Part shown: positions 33,194-41,358 of the stretch, piece by piece | Layout: each line of letters starts with the position of its first letter | How positions within the stretch are numbered: position 1 is the first letter of the stretch | DNA from: Escherichia phage TheodorHerzl | Sequence record: MZ501107 | Strand: one strand, 5' to 3' | DNA length: 43,627 nucleotides | The notes under the pieces: model-generated | The model's input: the letters and a program-made list of their open reading frames with translations, nothing else | Told to the model about the DNA's origin: nothing | Databases searched by the model: none | Position numbers and translations under genes: made by a program

Positions 33194-34616
33194 TGCTTAA
33201 GTCCTCGTCAGTAGCTTCTGACCACGCAGGGCGCGGGTCGTCGATTGGTGCTAATACCGGTTTTGCCGGTGCGCGCGTGATTTTATCACACAGCTTCGCC
33301 CACACTTTCGGTTTCTCATCCTTCAATACCTTCTCGGCATCAGTAGGGCTGAGCAATGTTTCTTTGTACATCACATCGCGCTTGATCCGGGCCTTCGTGA
33401 AGATTTCAATCACTTCGCTTTCGTCTGCCCACTTGCGAATCCCTTCCTTACCGGCAACCATCTTGAGGCCCAGCGATTCGCCATCGCCCGCCATAACCGC
33501 TTTGAATACCGCGGACTCGATAGCCTTGATGTGCTGGCGCATTGCGTCTAAACCTTCATACGCCTTGCGCAGTTCCGCGGCAGTCATAGCGCCGGAGGCC
33601 GCTTCTTTCTTGCCACGCTTCGCACGTCGTGCCGCTTTGCGGGCTTCGCGGGCCATATTGCGGTCATGATTGGCGCATTCTTCCTCTGTCGCAATACTCA
33701 CGTCGTCGCCCAGGTCTTCGTCTGTTGCCGTTGGTGGGGTCATCGTGTCGATTGCAGCCTTAGCGCGGGCGCTACACTGATCCGCAAATCTGCACCACTG
33801 ACACGCATCAACGCTCGGTCGGAAGTCGGCGCGGGTGAGTCCCTTTTTGCCTCTGGCGTACGCTTCCAGGGCGGCGATAGCACGCTTGGACGCAAACTTA
33901 GCGAATATCTCCAGGGCTTCTACCGAAATATCCCACTCCGACGCCCCACCGCAATACGGCTGGAAGATAACCAGGCGCACGGTCGTAATGTCGTACATAG
34001 TTTTCAGCTTGCGCAGCAGGCCGAGCGCGTACAACATAAGCTGTTTGTTTTCTTTCGCCTCGACCTTATGCCGCCCCGTCTTCAGGTCGCCAACAATCAG
34101 CATGTACGTGCCGTCGGTCTTCTTCATGACCATGACCATATCCGCAGTGCCGAACGTCTTAACCCGGTTGCCGTCGATCTCGAAGCCAGAGTGTAGGACG
34201 CGGGTTAGGTCGGCGCGCATCTCAAGCTGGACAAACTCCGCCACTTCGAGGAGCGGTCGCCAGTGGTCGATGTACGCGTCGCACTGTTTCACCATGTCGT
34301 CGTTGACCAGTACGCCGCCTTTCGGTGCTTTCGGGTGCGCCTTTACCGGCCCCTTACCTTCGTTCTCGACGTAACACCCTTTGTACGTCTTAGCGGTTAT
34401 CAGCTTCTCACCGGCAATGATGCGGTTGAGTACGACTTCAGATACGGTGTGCATACTCGTACCGTTAATCGCCGCTTGCCCGGATTCGTTCGGGATATCT
34501 TTTTCCACCACCAGGGCGGCGGGGCAACCCATCCATTTTTTAGCACCGGATGGCCCGAGTAATGAGTGTTCCGTGTTGCTACCGGATTGCGTTTTACGTT
34601 TTGGTTTAATCGCCAT
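33186..34616 (-). CDS. DUF2800-like PD-(D/E)XK exonuclease (Cas4/RecB-like) with C-terminal extension
   Basis: 476 aa. N-terminal LLGPSGAKKWMGCPA, and a Cys cluster CQWCRFADQC typical of Fe-S Cas4-like nucleases. Frequently paired with the DUF2815 protein. Confidence 0.7.
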   Translation of the reverse strand: MAIKPKRKTQSGSNTEHSLLGPSGAKKWMGCPAALVVEKDIPNESGQAAINGTSMHTVSEVVLNRIIAGEKLITAKTYKGCYVENEGKGPVKAHPKAPKGGVLVNDDMVKQCDAYIDHWRPLLEVAEFVQLEMRADLTRVLHSGFEIDGNRVKTFGTADMVMVMKKTDGTYMLIVGDLKTGRHKVEAKENKQLMLYALGLLRKLKTMYDITTVRLVIFQPYCGGASEWDISVEALEIFAKFASKRAIAALEAYARGKKGLTRADFRPSVDACQWCRFADQCSARAKAAIDTMTPPTATDEDLGDDVSIATEEECANHDRNMAREARKAARRAKRGKKEAASGAMTAAELRKAYEGLDAMRQHIKAIESAVFKAVMAGDGESLGLKMVAGKEGIRKWADESEVIEIFTKARIKRDVMYKETLLSPTDAEKVLKDEKPKVWAKLCDKITRAPAKPVLAPIDDPRPAWSEATDEDLSNE

Positions 34617-34804
34617 TATTCCACCCTTGAAAATTGAGCAATGTAATAGTCGTGTTTAACATTGGCCCGCTTCGCGGCTTCGTTCATGGTCGATGCCAGT
34701 TCTCGGGCTTGCGTCCAGCAGCAATTCCAGTTTTGATTCATAACAATTTCTGATTGCTCGTCGCCGGTGATACGGCAACGAAATAAAACAAAGAATATAG
34801 CCAT
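34616..34804 (-). CDS. hypothetical protein
   Basis: 62 aa with RBS GGGAGA. Overlaps its downstream neighbour (TAATG) and abuts its upstream neighbour. Confidence 0.45.
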   Translation of the reverse strand: MAIFFVLFRCRITGDEQSEIVMNQNWNCCWTQARELASTMNEAAKRANVKHDYYIAQFSRVE

Positions 34805-35056
34805 TTATTTTGTCTCCCAGCGGTCGATTGTTTTTGCTTCGGATGCAACAGCGAAGCGAACAAATTCCAGATTGGAATCAGCCCAAATATAAAAGTCGGG
34901 ATTAATAAAGGTGGTGCGCTTAATTTGCGCGGGGGTATTGCGGCGTTTGTCTATTACGGCAACGCGTGACTGAAAATTGCCGATGCGTTCGAATAGCCAA
35001 TAATATGAGCGCTGGTCGCGGGAGTCCACCGCCTCGATTAGCGTGAAGCGTGCCAT
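34805..35056 (-). CDS. hypothetical protein
   Basis: 83 aa with RBS GAGGA. Confidence 0.5.
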   Translation of the reverse strand: MARFTLIEAVDSRDQRSYYWLFERIGNFQSRVAVIDKRRNTPAQIKRTTFINPDFYIWADSNLEFVRFAVASEAKTIDRWETK

Positions 35057-35065
35057 TGTCTCGTC

Positions 35066-35100
35066 CTCTAAAAAGAGGCCCGCTAATCTGCGGGCCGGAA
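35066..35100 (-). terminator. intrinsic terminator (minus strand) after the first early gene
   Basis: Minus strand GGCCCGC-AGATTAG-CGGGCC followed by TCTTTTT. Confidence 0.6.
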
Positions 35101-35104
35101 TATA

Positions 35105-35536
35105 TTAGTCTTCCAGTTCGAAATAGGTTTCGACGATTTCTTTTAGCTCTTTGTGGAAGTCTTCGACGTCGTCATCTTCCAGCTTGGCGATTGATTTGAT
35201 CTCGAACGATTCCAGCAGGTCGTCGAATTCGTCGTTCGCGTCGTCGTCGTCACCACCGGCAATAATCGCGGCATACTGTTTGATCTCGTCGCGCATCTCT
35301 GCCAGCGGATCGGCATCTTTCTTACCTTTGCCCTTCGCCGGTGCTTTTTTAGCTTTAGCCGGTTTTTCGTCTTCGGCGTCATCTTCGGCGTCATCTTCGA
35401 CAACTTCTTTTTTGGCCTTAGACGGCTTCTTGTCTTCCTGTTTACCAACGGCAGCGCCAACGGTTTCATAATGCTTTGCAATGGTTTCCAGTGCTACTAC
35501 GCCGCGAGTGATCAGGTTTACGATTTGCTCAAACAT
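35105..35536 (-). CDS. highly acidic protein with central Lys/Ala-rich segment; first gene of the leftward early operon
   Basis: 143 aa with RBS GGAGA. Rich in Asp/Glu (DDAEDDAEDE, GGDDDDANDEFDD, LEDDDVEDF), with a central KPAKAKKAPAKGKGKK segment. Confidence 0.6.
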   Translation of the reverse strand: MFEQIVNLITRGVVALETIAKHYETVGAAVGKQEDKKPSKAKKEVVEDDAEDDAEDEKPAKAKKAPAKGKGKKDADPLAEMRDEIKQYAAIIAGGDDDDANDEFDDLLESFEIKSIAKLEDDDVEDFHKELKEIVETYFELED

Positions 35537-35772
35537 GGTATATCTCCGATTGGTTAAGTTTAGGTGTCGGCAGTTAACTTCGTCGGTGGCCTTAACATAT
35601 TGCCAGGTTACGCGTTCTCCCGTTCGGGTAGTGGACCTGGTTATATAATCACGGTTGGGAATCCTGACACTTCGATCCGGCCCCTGCGTTGCCCCTCTCC
35701 AGTTTGCGTCCTGTATCCTGTCGACGGAGTGAATAATAGATTGGTTGCAGGATGGGTGTCAACAACTAATTT

Positions 35773-35807
35773 CAAAAAAAAGCGCCGAGGCAAAATGCGA
35801 CGGCGCT
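35773..35807 (-). terminator. orphan intrinsic terminator on the minus strand inside the divergent control region
   Basis: Minus strand AGCGCCG-TCGCATTTTGCCT-CGGCGCT followed by eight T. No annotated minus-strand gene lies upstream except a 36-codon ORF. Confidence 0.6.
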
Positions 35808-35916
35808 AACCAATGAGAGACAATGAGACGAGAATTATTATTACACGCGTGCGCGCCCGTTTCAATATCCAAAGGATTGGACACCTTGCGGTTTTAGGTG
35901 TAGTTTCGTTGGTCAT
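35806..35916 (-). other. candidate small RNA or 36-codon micro-ORF ending at the orphan terminator
   Basis: ORF MTNETTPKTARCPILWILKRARTRVIIILVSLSLIG with no clear Shine-Dalgarno; it ends at the terminator hairpin. Confidence 0.25.
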
Positions 35917-35937
35917 TAACCAACTGAGGGCAGAGCA

Positions 35938-36267
35938 ATGAATGTAAACGACGCAATCGAAATGTTAACGAAGACTGTTAGCAGTGAAACAAGCCGGTCA
36001 TGGGCTTATACCGATGCCGTTGGGGCGGTATTATTTGAGGTCGAGCGCCTGCGCAGTGTCGAGAAAGAATTACGCGCCAGGCTGGGATTGCTCAACGGCA
36101 CGGCAGCGAGCAAGCTACAAAAACACAATGAAGAAATGGAAGAATACAAAAAGCAGGTTATCCGTTTGCGCGCCGAGGGTAAATCGTGGGCGATGATTGC
36201 CGAGTTGACCGGGATTAATCAGAGCACAGTGCGCTCCTGGGTACGCAATAATAAAACTTCTAAGTAA
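35938..36267 (+). CDS. HTH DNA-binding protein (putative transcriptional regulator)
   Basis: 109 aa with RBS GAGGG. C-terminal helix-turn-helix KSWAMIAELTGINQSTVRSWVRNN. First gene of the rightward operon; a near-palindrome TTGGTCATTAACCAA overlaps its RBS region. Confidence 0.65.
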   Translation: MNVNDAIEMLTKTVSSETSRSWAYTDAVGAVLFEVERLRSVEKELRARLGLLNGTAASKLQKHNEEMEEYKKQVIRLRAEGKSWAMIAELTGINQSTVRSWVRNNKTSK

Positions 36268-36277
36268 GGCCACGGCA

Positions 36278-38542
36278 ATGAGCTTAATTAAATTCGCTGT
36301 AACAAGACCCGCTAAAAAAGGCGAAAAAGCCAGGGCGGAAAACTTCCAGATGACGACCGATGAGTTTTTCGAATTTATCAAAGATGCGAAAGAAATCTCC
36401 TCGGTGCATATCAACAAGACGGAAGATAAAGCCGAGTATGCGCGCCGCAAGCGTAAGGCCGATGGCATCGTGGCGTATACCAGTGACGGATTGCGTCGTA
36501 AGACCAGTGCGGTGGACCGCTCGATCCTGTTCTTTGATATTGACCGCACCGACACCCGCACCCTGCGCCGCTGCCGTAAGGCGTTCATCGACGCGGGTCT
36601 GGAACACGTATTTCACACCACCACCGGCGACCGCCACCCGCTGAAGGGCGGCACGCGTTGCGCCCGTTTCCTGGTGTTCACTGACAAGCCTGTACCGGCT
36701 GAAGACCTGGGCCGCGTCCAGTATGCACTATTACACCAACTGGGTCTGTCAGATGTGGACTTCGACGATTGCACGAAAGACACAAACCGCCTGATGTACC
36801 TGCCACACCAGCAGTCCGTTATTAAGTGCCACTATGGCAAGCGCGCCAATGTGCGTCGTCTACTCCGTCGGGCGGACAAGCTGGGGGTGGAAAAAGAGGA
36901 AGTACGCCGCGAGCTTACCCAGGGCGACGACGCAGTGGCAGACGGCATTCTGGACTGGTGCTTCCAGGCCGGATTCGAGGAGTTATCTTCTGGTCGCGGT
37001 TATGAAGTGCCGTGCCCGAACGAACATCTGCACAGCGGCGAAGGGTCGACGGCTATCATGGTCAAGGATGGCGAGATCCGTTTCAAGTGTATGCACACCG
37101 GCAACGAGTGTTGCTCGGAACTGAACAGACACCAGCACCTGGCGCTACGTCTTATCGGGATCCCGGACCACCTGAACGTCGAACCGCACAACATGTCACG
37201 TAAGCAAATCGCCGCCATCCTCCCAGGACTGGACGACGAGGAAGTGGAATCGTGCTATGAACATATCGTTGATGCGGTCGGTGACGGCGACGAGTACGGC
37301 GGATGTACGGACGCAGACCTTGACAACGAGCCGGTTGCGCTGTTCAGTAAGCACGACCCGATCATCGAGGGGTTGATTAACTTTAAATCGACCTGGTACA
37401 TGGCGGGTGAGTCGAACATCGGTAAGTCTTTCTACGTGCTGGGCCAGATGGGCGCGGTTGCCGCGGGTATTCCGTTCGGCGGCGCTAAGGTCGTCCAGTC
37501 CCATTGTTTCTATTTCGATGCGGAAGGCGGCGAAGCCTCCAACCAGCGTAAGGAAGCATTGCAGATTAAATATGAGCACGACCTGGACAAGCTGCACATT
37601 ATCGATCTGCAATCACGCGGCTGGGATATCACCAGCAAATCCGGCTTGCGTGAAGTTATCAGCTTCATCAACCGCACCGCTAACGGCGAACCGGTTGGCC
37701 TGGTGGCCTTCGACTCACTCAACCAGACTGTTGCGCTGCGGTCCGCGGATTCTAAGCCGTTCGACGAGAACAACGCCAGCGATATGGGTGAAGTGGTCAA
37801 GGCGCTGAAGGCCATTGCGGAAAATACAGGCGGAAGTGCGGGCGTCATCCACCACCCGGCGAAGGGTGCAAACGGCAGCAGAACGCCACGCGGGTCCGGC
37901 GCGCTTCATGGTGCTGTCGATTCTGCGTTCTTCCTGGAGCAACCGGACGACAATCAGCCGGGCCAATTGAACCTGTATCACGAAAAGGCACGTAACGGCA
38001 TCAAGCAAGCGCCGCGCGGCTTCGTCCTGCTCAAGTGCAAGGTTAAGGTGGATCTCCGCAAGTCCGAAGCGTTCGAAGCCCACCAGTCCACCAGCACCGG
38101 GCCGGACTTCGGTGATGTGGTTGCCGGTTGGGACGTCAAGCCGATCGCATCCACGCCACGCGACGAGACTCTTTATCTCGTACCGGTCGCCCTGGCACCG
38201 TTCGCCATCGAACAGGCGAAGGCCGCGGGTAAGGCAGCAGTTAAGGAAGAGAACGCCGCAGGGCCGCGCAACGAAAAAGAGAAAGTGCTTTATGCGGCAC
38301 TGGAAAAACTGATGGAAGATAACCCGGACCATACCGGATTCAGTAAATCGGCAATCGTCCGCCAGGCGGGATTGGCAAAAGGTGGCACATCGACGAAGGC
38401 AATCGACGATATGGTCGAGCGCGGCGTACTCGGTTTTTATACCGATCCGCACACCGGGGCCATCTATGGGTCGTCGAATATCGTCATCAAAACGAATATA
38501 CCCATCACGCTTTCTGCGACCGATGACGACCTGAAAGATTAA
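36278..38542 (+). CDS. primase-helicase (N-terminal primase-like domain with zinc-binding motif, C-terminal RecA-like AAA_25 ATPase)
   Basis: 754 aa. Cys/His cluster CPNEHLHSGEGS...KCMHTGNEC, Walker A AGESNIGKS, and Walker B LVAFDSL. Confidence 0.8.
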   Translation: MSLIKFAVTRPAKKGEKARAENFQMTTDEFFEFIKDAKEISSVHINKTEDKAEYARRKRKADGIVAYTSDGLRRKTSAVDRSILFFDIDRTDTRTLRRCRKAFIDAGLEHVFHTTTGDRHPLKGGTRCARFLVFTDKPVPAEDLGRVQYALLHQLGLSDVDFDDCTKDTNRLMYLPHQQSVIKCHYGKRANVRRLLRRADKLGVEKEEVRRELTQGDDAVADGILDWCFQAGFEELSSGRGYEVPCPNEHLHSGEGSTAIMVKDGEIRFKCMHTGNECCSELNRHQHLALRLIGIPDHLNVEPHNMSRKQIAAILPGLDDEEVESCYEHIVDAVGDGDEYGGCTDADLDNEPVALFSKHDPIIEGLINFKSTWYMAGESNIGKSFYVLGQMGAVAAGIPFGGAKVVQSHCFYFDAEGGEASNQRKEALQIKYEHDLDKLHIIDLQSRGWDITSKSGLREVISFINRTANGEPVGLVAFDSLNQTVALRSADSKPFDENNASDMGEVVKALKAIAENTGGSAGVIHHPAKGANGSRTPRGSGALHGAVDSAFFLEQPDDNQPGQLNLYHEKARNGIKQAPRGFVLLKCKVKVDLRKSEAFEAHQSTSTGPDFGDVVAGWDVKPIASTPRDETLYLVPVALAPFAIEQAKAAGKAAVKEENAAGPRNEKEKVLYAALEKLMEDNPDHTGFSKSAIVRQAGLAKGGTSTKAIDDMVERGVLGFYTDPHTGAIYGSSNIVIKTNIPITLSATDDDLKD

Positions 38543-38588
38543 ATTTTGCGCGCATTGGTTGCCATTTTGAGTGTTTTTATCTGGTCGT

Positions 38589-38616
38589 ATTGGTTGCCGT
38601 GTAGTGTAAGTATAAT
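38589..38616 (+). promoter_or_regulatory. ATTGGTTGCC motif copies followed by a TATAAT -10 box
   Basis: Motif copies at 38554-38563 and 38589-38598; TATAAT at 38611-38616 (anchored to the track ORF that starts at 38546). Confidence 0.4.
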
Positions 38617-38635
38617 GAATAGTTATGCAATAAAA

Positions 38636-38756
38636 CTGCATAAACCAAACGGGACAAAAAGCGGGACAAACACTAGGCGGGACAAAGCGGGACAGCACCC
38701 CCGTCCCGCCCCGGATGACGCGGCCTGGAGAGGAGCGGGACAGCGGGACAGCACCC
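38636..38756. repeat. GGGACA iteron block B (homologous to 11287-11400)
   Basis: GGGACA at 38651, 38663, 38679, 38689, 38738 and 38745. The block TGCATAAACCAAACGGGACAAAAAGCGGGACAAACACTAGGCGGGACAAAGCGGGACAGCACCCCCGTCCC is nearly identical to region A. Confidence 0.8.
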
Positions 38757-38803
38757 CAGTCTTTCAGACTAGACGGGGGTCAACGGCCCCCTCGTCTGAG
38801 ACT
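38757..38803 (+). repeat. conserved long imperfect hairpin B (copy of 11406-11453)
   Basis: CAGTCTTTCAGACTAGACGGGGGTCAACGGCCCCCTCGTCTGAGACT followed by GAATAA. Confidence 0.8.
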
Positions 38804-38958
38804 GAATAAAATCCGAGGATTGCAAATTACACGGCAGCATGTTGCGAAGTGCGGTCGCGGATGAACTAGGCAACCAATGCGAGTTGTATTATGCTGAGTG
38901 AAAAATGTGGTTTGCAGTCACAGCAGATAGCGATCGACTTTTTCATGCGCGTGATTAA

Positions 38959-38993
38959 TATTGGTTGCATTCACCCCGGCACCTTGTTATATT
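38959..38993 (+). promoter_or_regulatory. sigma70-like promoter TTGCAT-N17-TATATT with flanking ATTGGTTGCA copies
   Basis: ATTGGTTGCAT at 38959-38969; TATATT at 38988-38993, followed immediately by TGGTTGCAC. Lies about 30 nt upstream of the 39021 gene. Confidence 0.55.
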
Positions 38994-39020
38994 GGTTGCA
39001 CACCAACGGGAGGGCGGAAC

Positions 39021-39200
39021 ATGAAAACCGAAATGGTTAATAAGCGCGAAATCAAGATCGGCGATACGGTAGTCCACAACGGGGAGCTTCGCACTGTGTG
39101 CAAGCGAGCGTTTAGCATCGATGAATTTATGGGCCTGCTACTTTGGGGCGACAGCTATCGTTTAGGGCATAAACTGGTTGAGAGGGTTACGGAACTATGA
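39021..39200 (+). CDS. hypothetical protein
   Basis: 59 aa from the ATG with RBS GGGAGGG. Confidence 0.45.
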   Translation: MKTEMVNKREIKIGDTVVHNGELRTVCKRAFSIDEFMGLLLWGDSYRLGHKLVERVTEL

Positions 39201-39523
39201 AAGCGATTATCTGGAATTACGCAATGGCTATGGCGGCGGCACAAGAAGCGGCGGAGTTCGCCGGTGAAGGAGCGGAAGCGGTCGAAAGACTATCGGCAGC
39301 GTGGTCCGTTGTTCGCGTCACGCAGCAGGCCATCGCCTGTATGCTTGAGCGCCGTTTCGACACGATGGCGGAGATCCAGCCTCTGGCGAACGCAATCCAG
39401 GACTACGCGCTTGCATTTGCCCGTGAGCGCCTGGCGTATCGCTTCGGGATCGGCGAGACGGCAGTGACAAACGTCGCCCGGATTAAAGCCCAGCGCGAAC
39501 TATTTGCCCAGCTTGCGAAATAA
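39197..39523 (+). CDS. hypothetical protein
   Basis: 108 aa with ATGA overlap to the upstream gene. Confidence 0.5.
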   Translation: MKAIIWNYAMAMAAAQEAAEFAGEGAEAVERLSAAWSVVRVTQQAIACMLERRFDTMAEIQPLANAIQDYALAFARERLAYRFGIGETAVTNVARIKAQRELFAQLAK

Positions 39524-39532
39524 GGGGCCAAA

Positions 39533-39802
39533 ATGGGCCGTAGACGAGCAAAACAGCTTTCGTGGCATATTCCCCTGCATTGCATACGAATATGGGCTGA
39601 GAATGCGAATGCTGGGGATTCTGTATTCTGGTGTTATCGCGATGACGTTAAGCCGTTGACGCAGACTCGCTACCTGCACCAGTTCGCAGCACAACACGAT
39701 TTCAGGGTGCGGACTTCCTTGCAACCAATGGGGATCCGTATTACATTACGCCGGAAGCCCGCCGTTGAGCGGGTAGGCAAACACTGGAGACTGAGCAAAT
39801 GA
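39533..39802 (+). CDS. hypothetical protein (basic)
   Basis: 89 aa with RBS AAGGGG. Confidence 0.5.
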   Translation: MGRRRAKQLSWHIPLHCIRIWAENANAGDSVFWCYRDDVKPLTQTRYLHQFAAQHDFRVRTSLQPMGIRITLRRKPAVERVGKHWRLSK

Positions 39803-39951
39803 CGCCAATGCAAATAACGCTAATGGCAGGGTATTCGCAGCAATTCGTAGACCTGTTATCTTGCATAGCGGACTATGAAATGGACGGCATCGCTACGGTG
39901 TGCGATGGCGACACGAAGACTATCGACGAGATCGAGGAGACAGAACAATGA
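39799..39951 (+). CDS. small hypothetical acidic protein (50 aa)
   Basis: ATGA overlaps at both ends. Below the ORF-track cutoff. Confidence 0.3.
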   Translation: MTPMQITLMAGYSQQFVDLLSCIADYEMDGIATVCDGDTKTIDEIEETEQ

Positions 39952-40508
39952 AATTACTATTCCGCCGTAAAGCAGATGGCTTCCCCATGAGGCCGATCCA
40001 GACCCTTGATACATGCGTGCGCTTGCGCCATGTACACAGCGGCCTTGAGAGCCTGGCAGATACGGCCCACCTACCGGCAAACTTTGACGTACTTACACAT
40101 GATATCGAGCGCGGCGATGTGCTGCGTGATATACGCAACGGGCAATTGTGGGTCGTGGAGCACACCCACCAGCACGGCTTGCGTATGCAATCCCGCAAGG
40201 ATGGCGTAGTAGTCGGGATGACGTACTTCGGGCTAATCCACTACGAGCGCGTGGGCCGCAAATACAGCCTCCGCAAACGCCAGCCGCATGAGCGCGTCGA
40301 GTTCCGCAAGTCGCAGCCCGCCTACGCAACCTACGACGCCCACCAGGTGCAAGCGAGGATGAAACGCGCCGCGCACGAAATCGTCAATCGCTTTGATGCC
40401 GTGACGAATGCGCAACGCCATGCGCAGGAATACGGCGTTGGATTCATCCGGGTGGAACAAGACGGCAGCATGAAAGCCATCGACCCGCGCTCGGTGATTC
40501 TGAAATGA
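39948..40508 (+). CDS. hypothetical protein
   Basis: 186 aa from the ATG with RBS GAGGAG. Confidence 0.55.
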   Translation: MKLLFRRKADGFPMRPIQTLDTCVRLRHVHSGLESLADTAHLPANFDVLTHDIERGDVLRDIRNGQLWVVEHTHQHGLRMQSRKDGVVVGMTYFGLIHYERVGRKYSLRKRQPHERVEFRKSQPAYATYDAHQVQARMKRAAHEIVNRFDAVTNAQRHAQEYGVGFIRVEQDGSMKAIDPRSVILK

Positions 40509-40651
40509 GTGCGTCTATCCGTGATATGCTGATGCACAACCGCTTTGAGATCGGCGGTCGGGTGTTTCGCAATTACTTCGTGGCGCGTGCATGGGCGCGC
40601 CATATTGGCAAACCGGAAGGGGCAATTCGATGCTATACGTCTTCGCGGTAG
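40505..40651 (+). CDS. small hypothetical protein (48 aa)
   Basis: ATGA overlap with the upstream gene. Confidence 0.3.
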   Translation: MSASIRDMLMHNRFEIGGRVFRNYFVARAWARHIGKPEGAIRCYTSSR

Positions 40652-40731
40652 TATGTGGCGGTAGTCTGGCGGCCCTGGTGCTGTTGGCGTCGGTTATTAG
40701 TCTGGTTAAATACCTATGGGGCAGATTATGA
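40630..40731 (+). CDS. small hydrophobic peptide (33 aa, one transmembrane segment)
   Basis: Reads MLYVFAVVCGGSLAALVLLASVISLVKYLWGRL and overlaps its neighbours. Confidence 0.3.
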   Translation: MLYVFAVVCGGSLAALVLLASVISLVKYLWGRL

Positions 40732-41015
40732 TTCATGATGTGATTTGTTGGTTTGGTTTGATCTGCGGGCTATGCCTGCTTACCGCGGTGCTGTTGGGCA
40801 TCCTGATGTTCGTCGTATGGCCTGCAGTGGAAGCCGCCAGTATTACCCGCATGACGTTCGAGGTATACAAGCGCCGCGGGATCACGGAGCACCCGACCAG
40901 GTTGCGCATGTGGTGGCTGTGGTATCGGGATATGATAGGCGGGCGAACATTCGAGGCCGTCCGGTCGAGTGGATGGGAGTGGAAAGGCGTCGGCAAGTGG
41001 TCCATTTTCGATTAA
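40716..41015 (+). CDS. membrane protein (one transmembrane segment)
   Basis: 99 aa containing WFGLICGLCLLTAVLLGILMFVVW. Confidence 0.5.
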   Translation: MGQIMIHDVICWFGLICGLCLLTAVLLGILMFVVWPAVEAASITRMTFEVYKRRGITEHPTRLRMWWLWYRDMIGGRTFEAVRSSGWEWKGVGKWSIFD

Positions 41016-41033
41016 TTATGCAAGCGTGATATA

Positions 41034-41067
41034 GTCCCAGTGAGCTAAAACTTACTGGGACTTTTTT
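41034..41067 (+). terminator. terminator-like hairpin plus T-run immediately upstream of the holin start
   Basis: GTCCCAGT-loop-ACTGGGAC followed by six T. Confidence 0.5.
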
Positions 41068-41358
41068 ATGGATAAGCTAAACGAGTGGTTATTTGCCATC
41101 GCATGTCTGGCAGGCGGCTTCGTAGGCGCACGCATTCATGGCGAGGCTACGAAAGGACCGCTAAACTTCGTTTTATATATCGTGGTCGGCTTCTTGTGTG
41201 CCGTTTTTGGCGCACCGGCTATTGCCGAGTGGGCTGGCTTATCTGGCGAGCGCACTGTCGCCGGTTTGGGCTTCGTAACTGCAATCTTCTGGATGCCAAT
41301 AGCCGCCCGGATCAGGGAGACTATTGAGTCGTTCCGACTTCCGGGGGGTGCAAAATGA
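41068..41358 (+). CDS. putative holin (three transmembrane segments)
   Basis: 96 aa with three hydrophobic helices and a charged C-terminus (RIRETIESFRLPGGAK), two genes upstream of the endolysin. Confidence 0.6.
   Translation: MDKLNEWLFAIACLAGGFVGARIHGEATKGPLNFVLYIVVGFLCAVFGAPAIAEWAGLSGERTVAGLGFVTAIFWMPIAARIRETIESFRLPGGAK

Noticed and set aside
33175-34374. Several plus-strand ORFs (33175-33669, 33666-34196, 33835-34374) opposite the DUF2800-like gene
   Set aside because: They are mutually overlapping and antisense to a motif-supported gene (Fe-S Cys cluster); typical shadow ORFs.
36115-36588. 157-aa minus-strand ORF overlapping the HTH regulator and primase start
   Set aside because: It overlaps two well-supported plus-strand genes and lacks an RBS; judged spurious. 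It also cannot account for the orphan minus-strand terminator at ~35773-35807 because it ends far upstream of it.
38546-38809. 87-aa ORF covering repeat region B
   Set aside because: Same reasoning as region A. It starts at a non-ATG codon and is read across promoter-like and iteron sequence; more likely non-coding.
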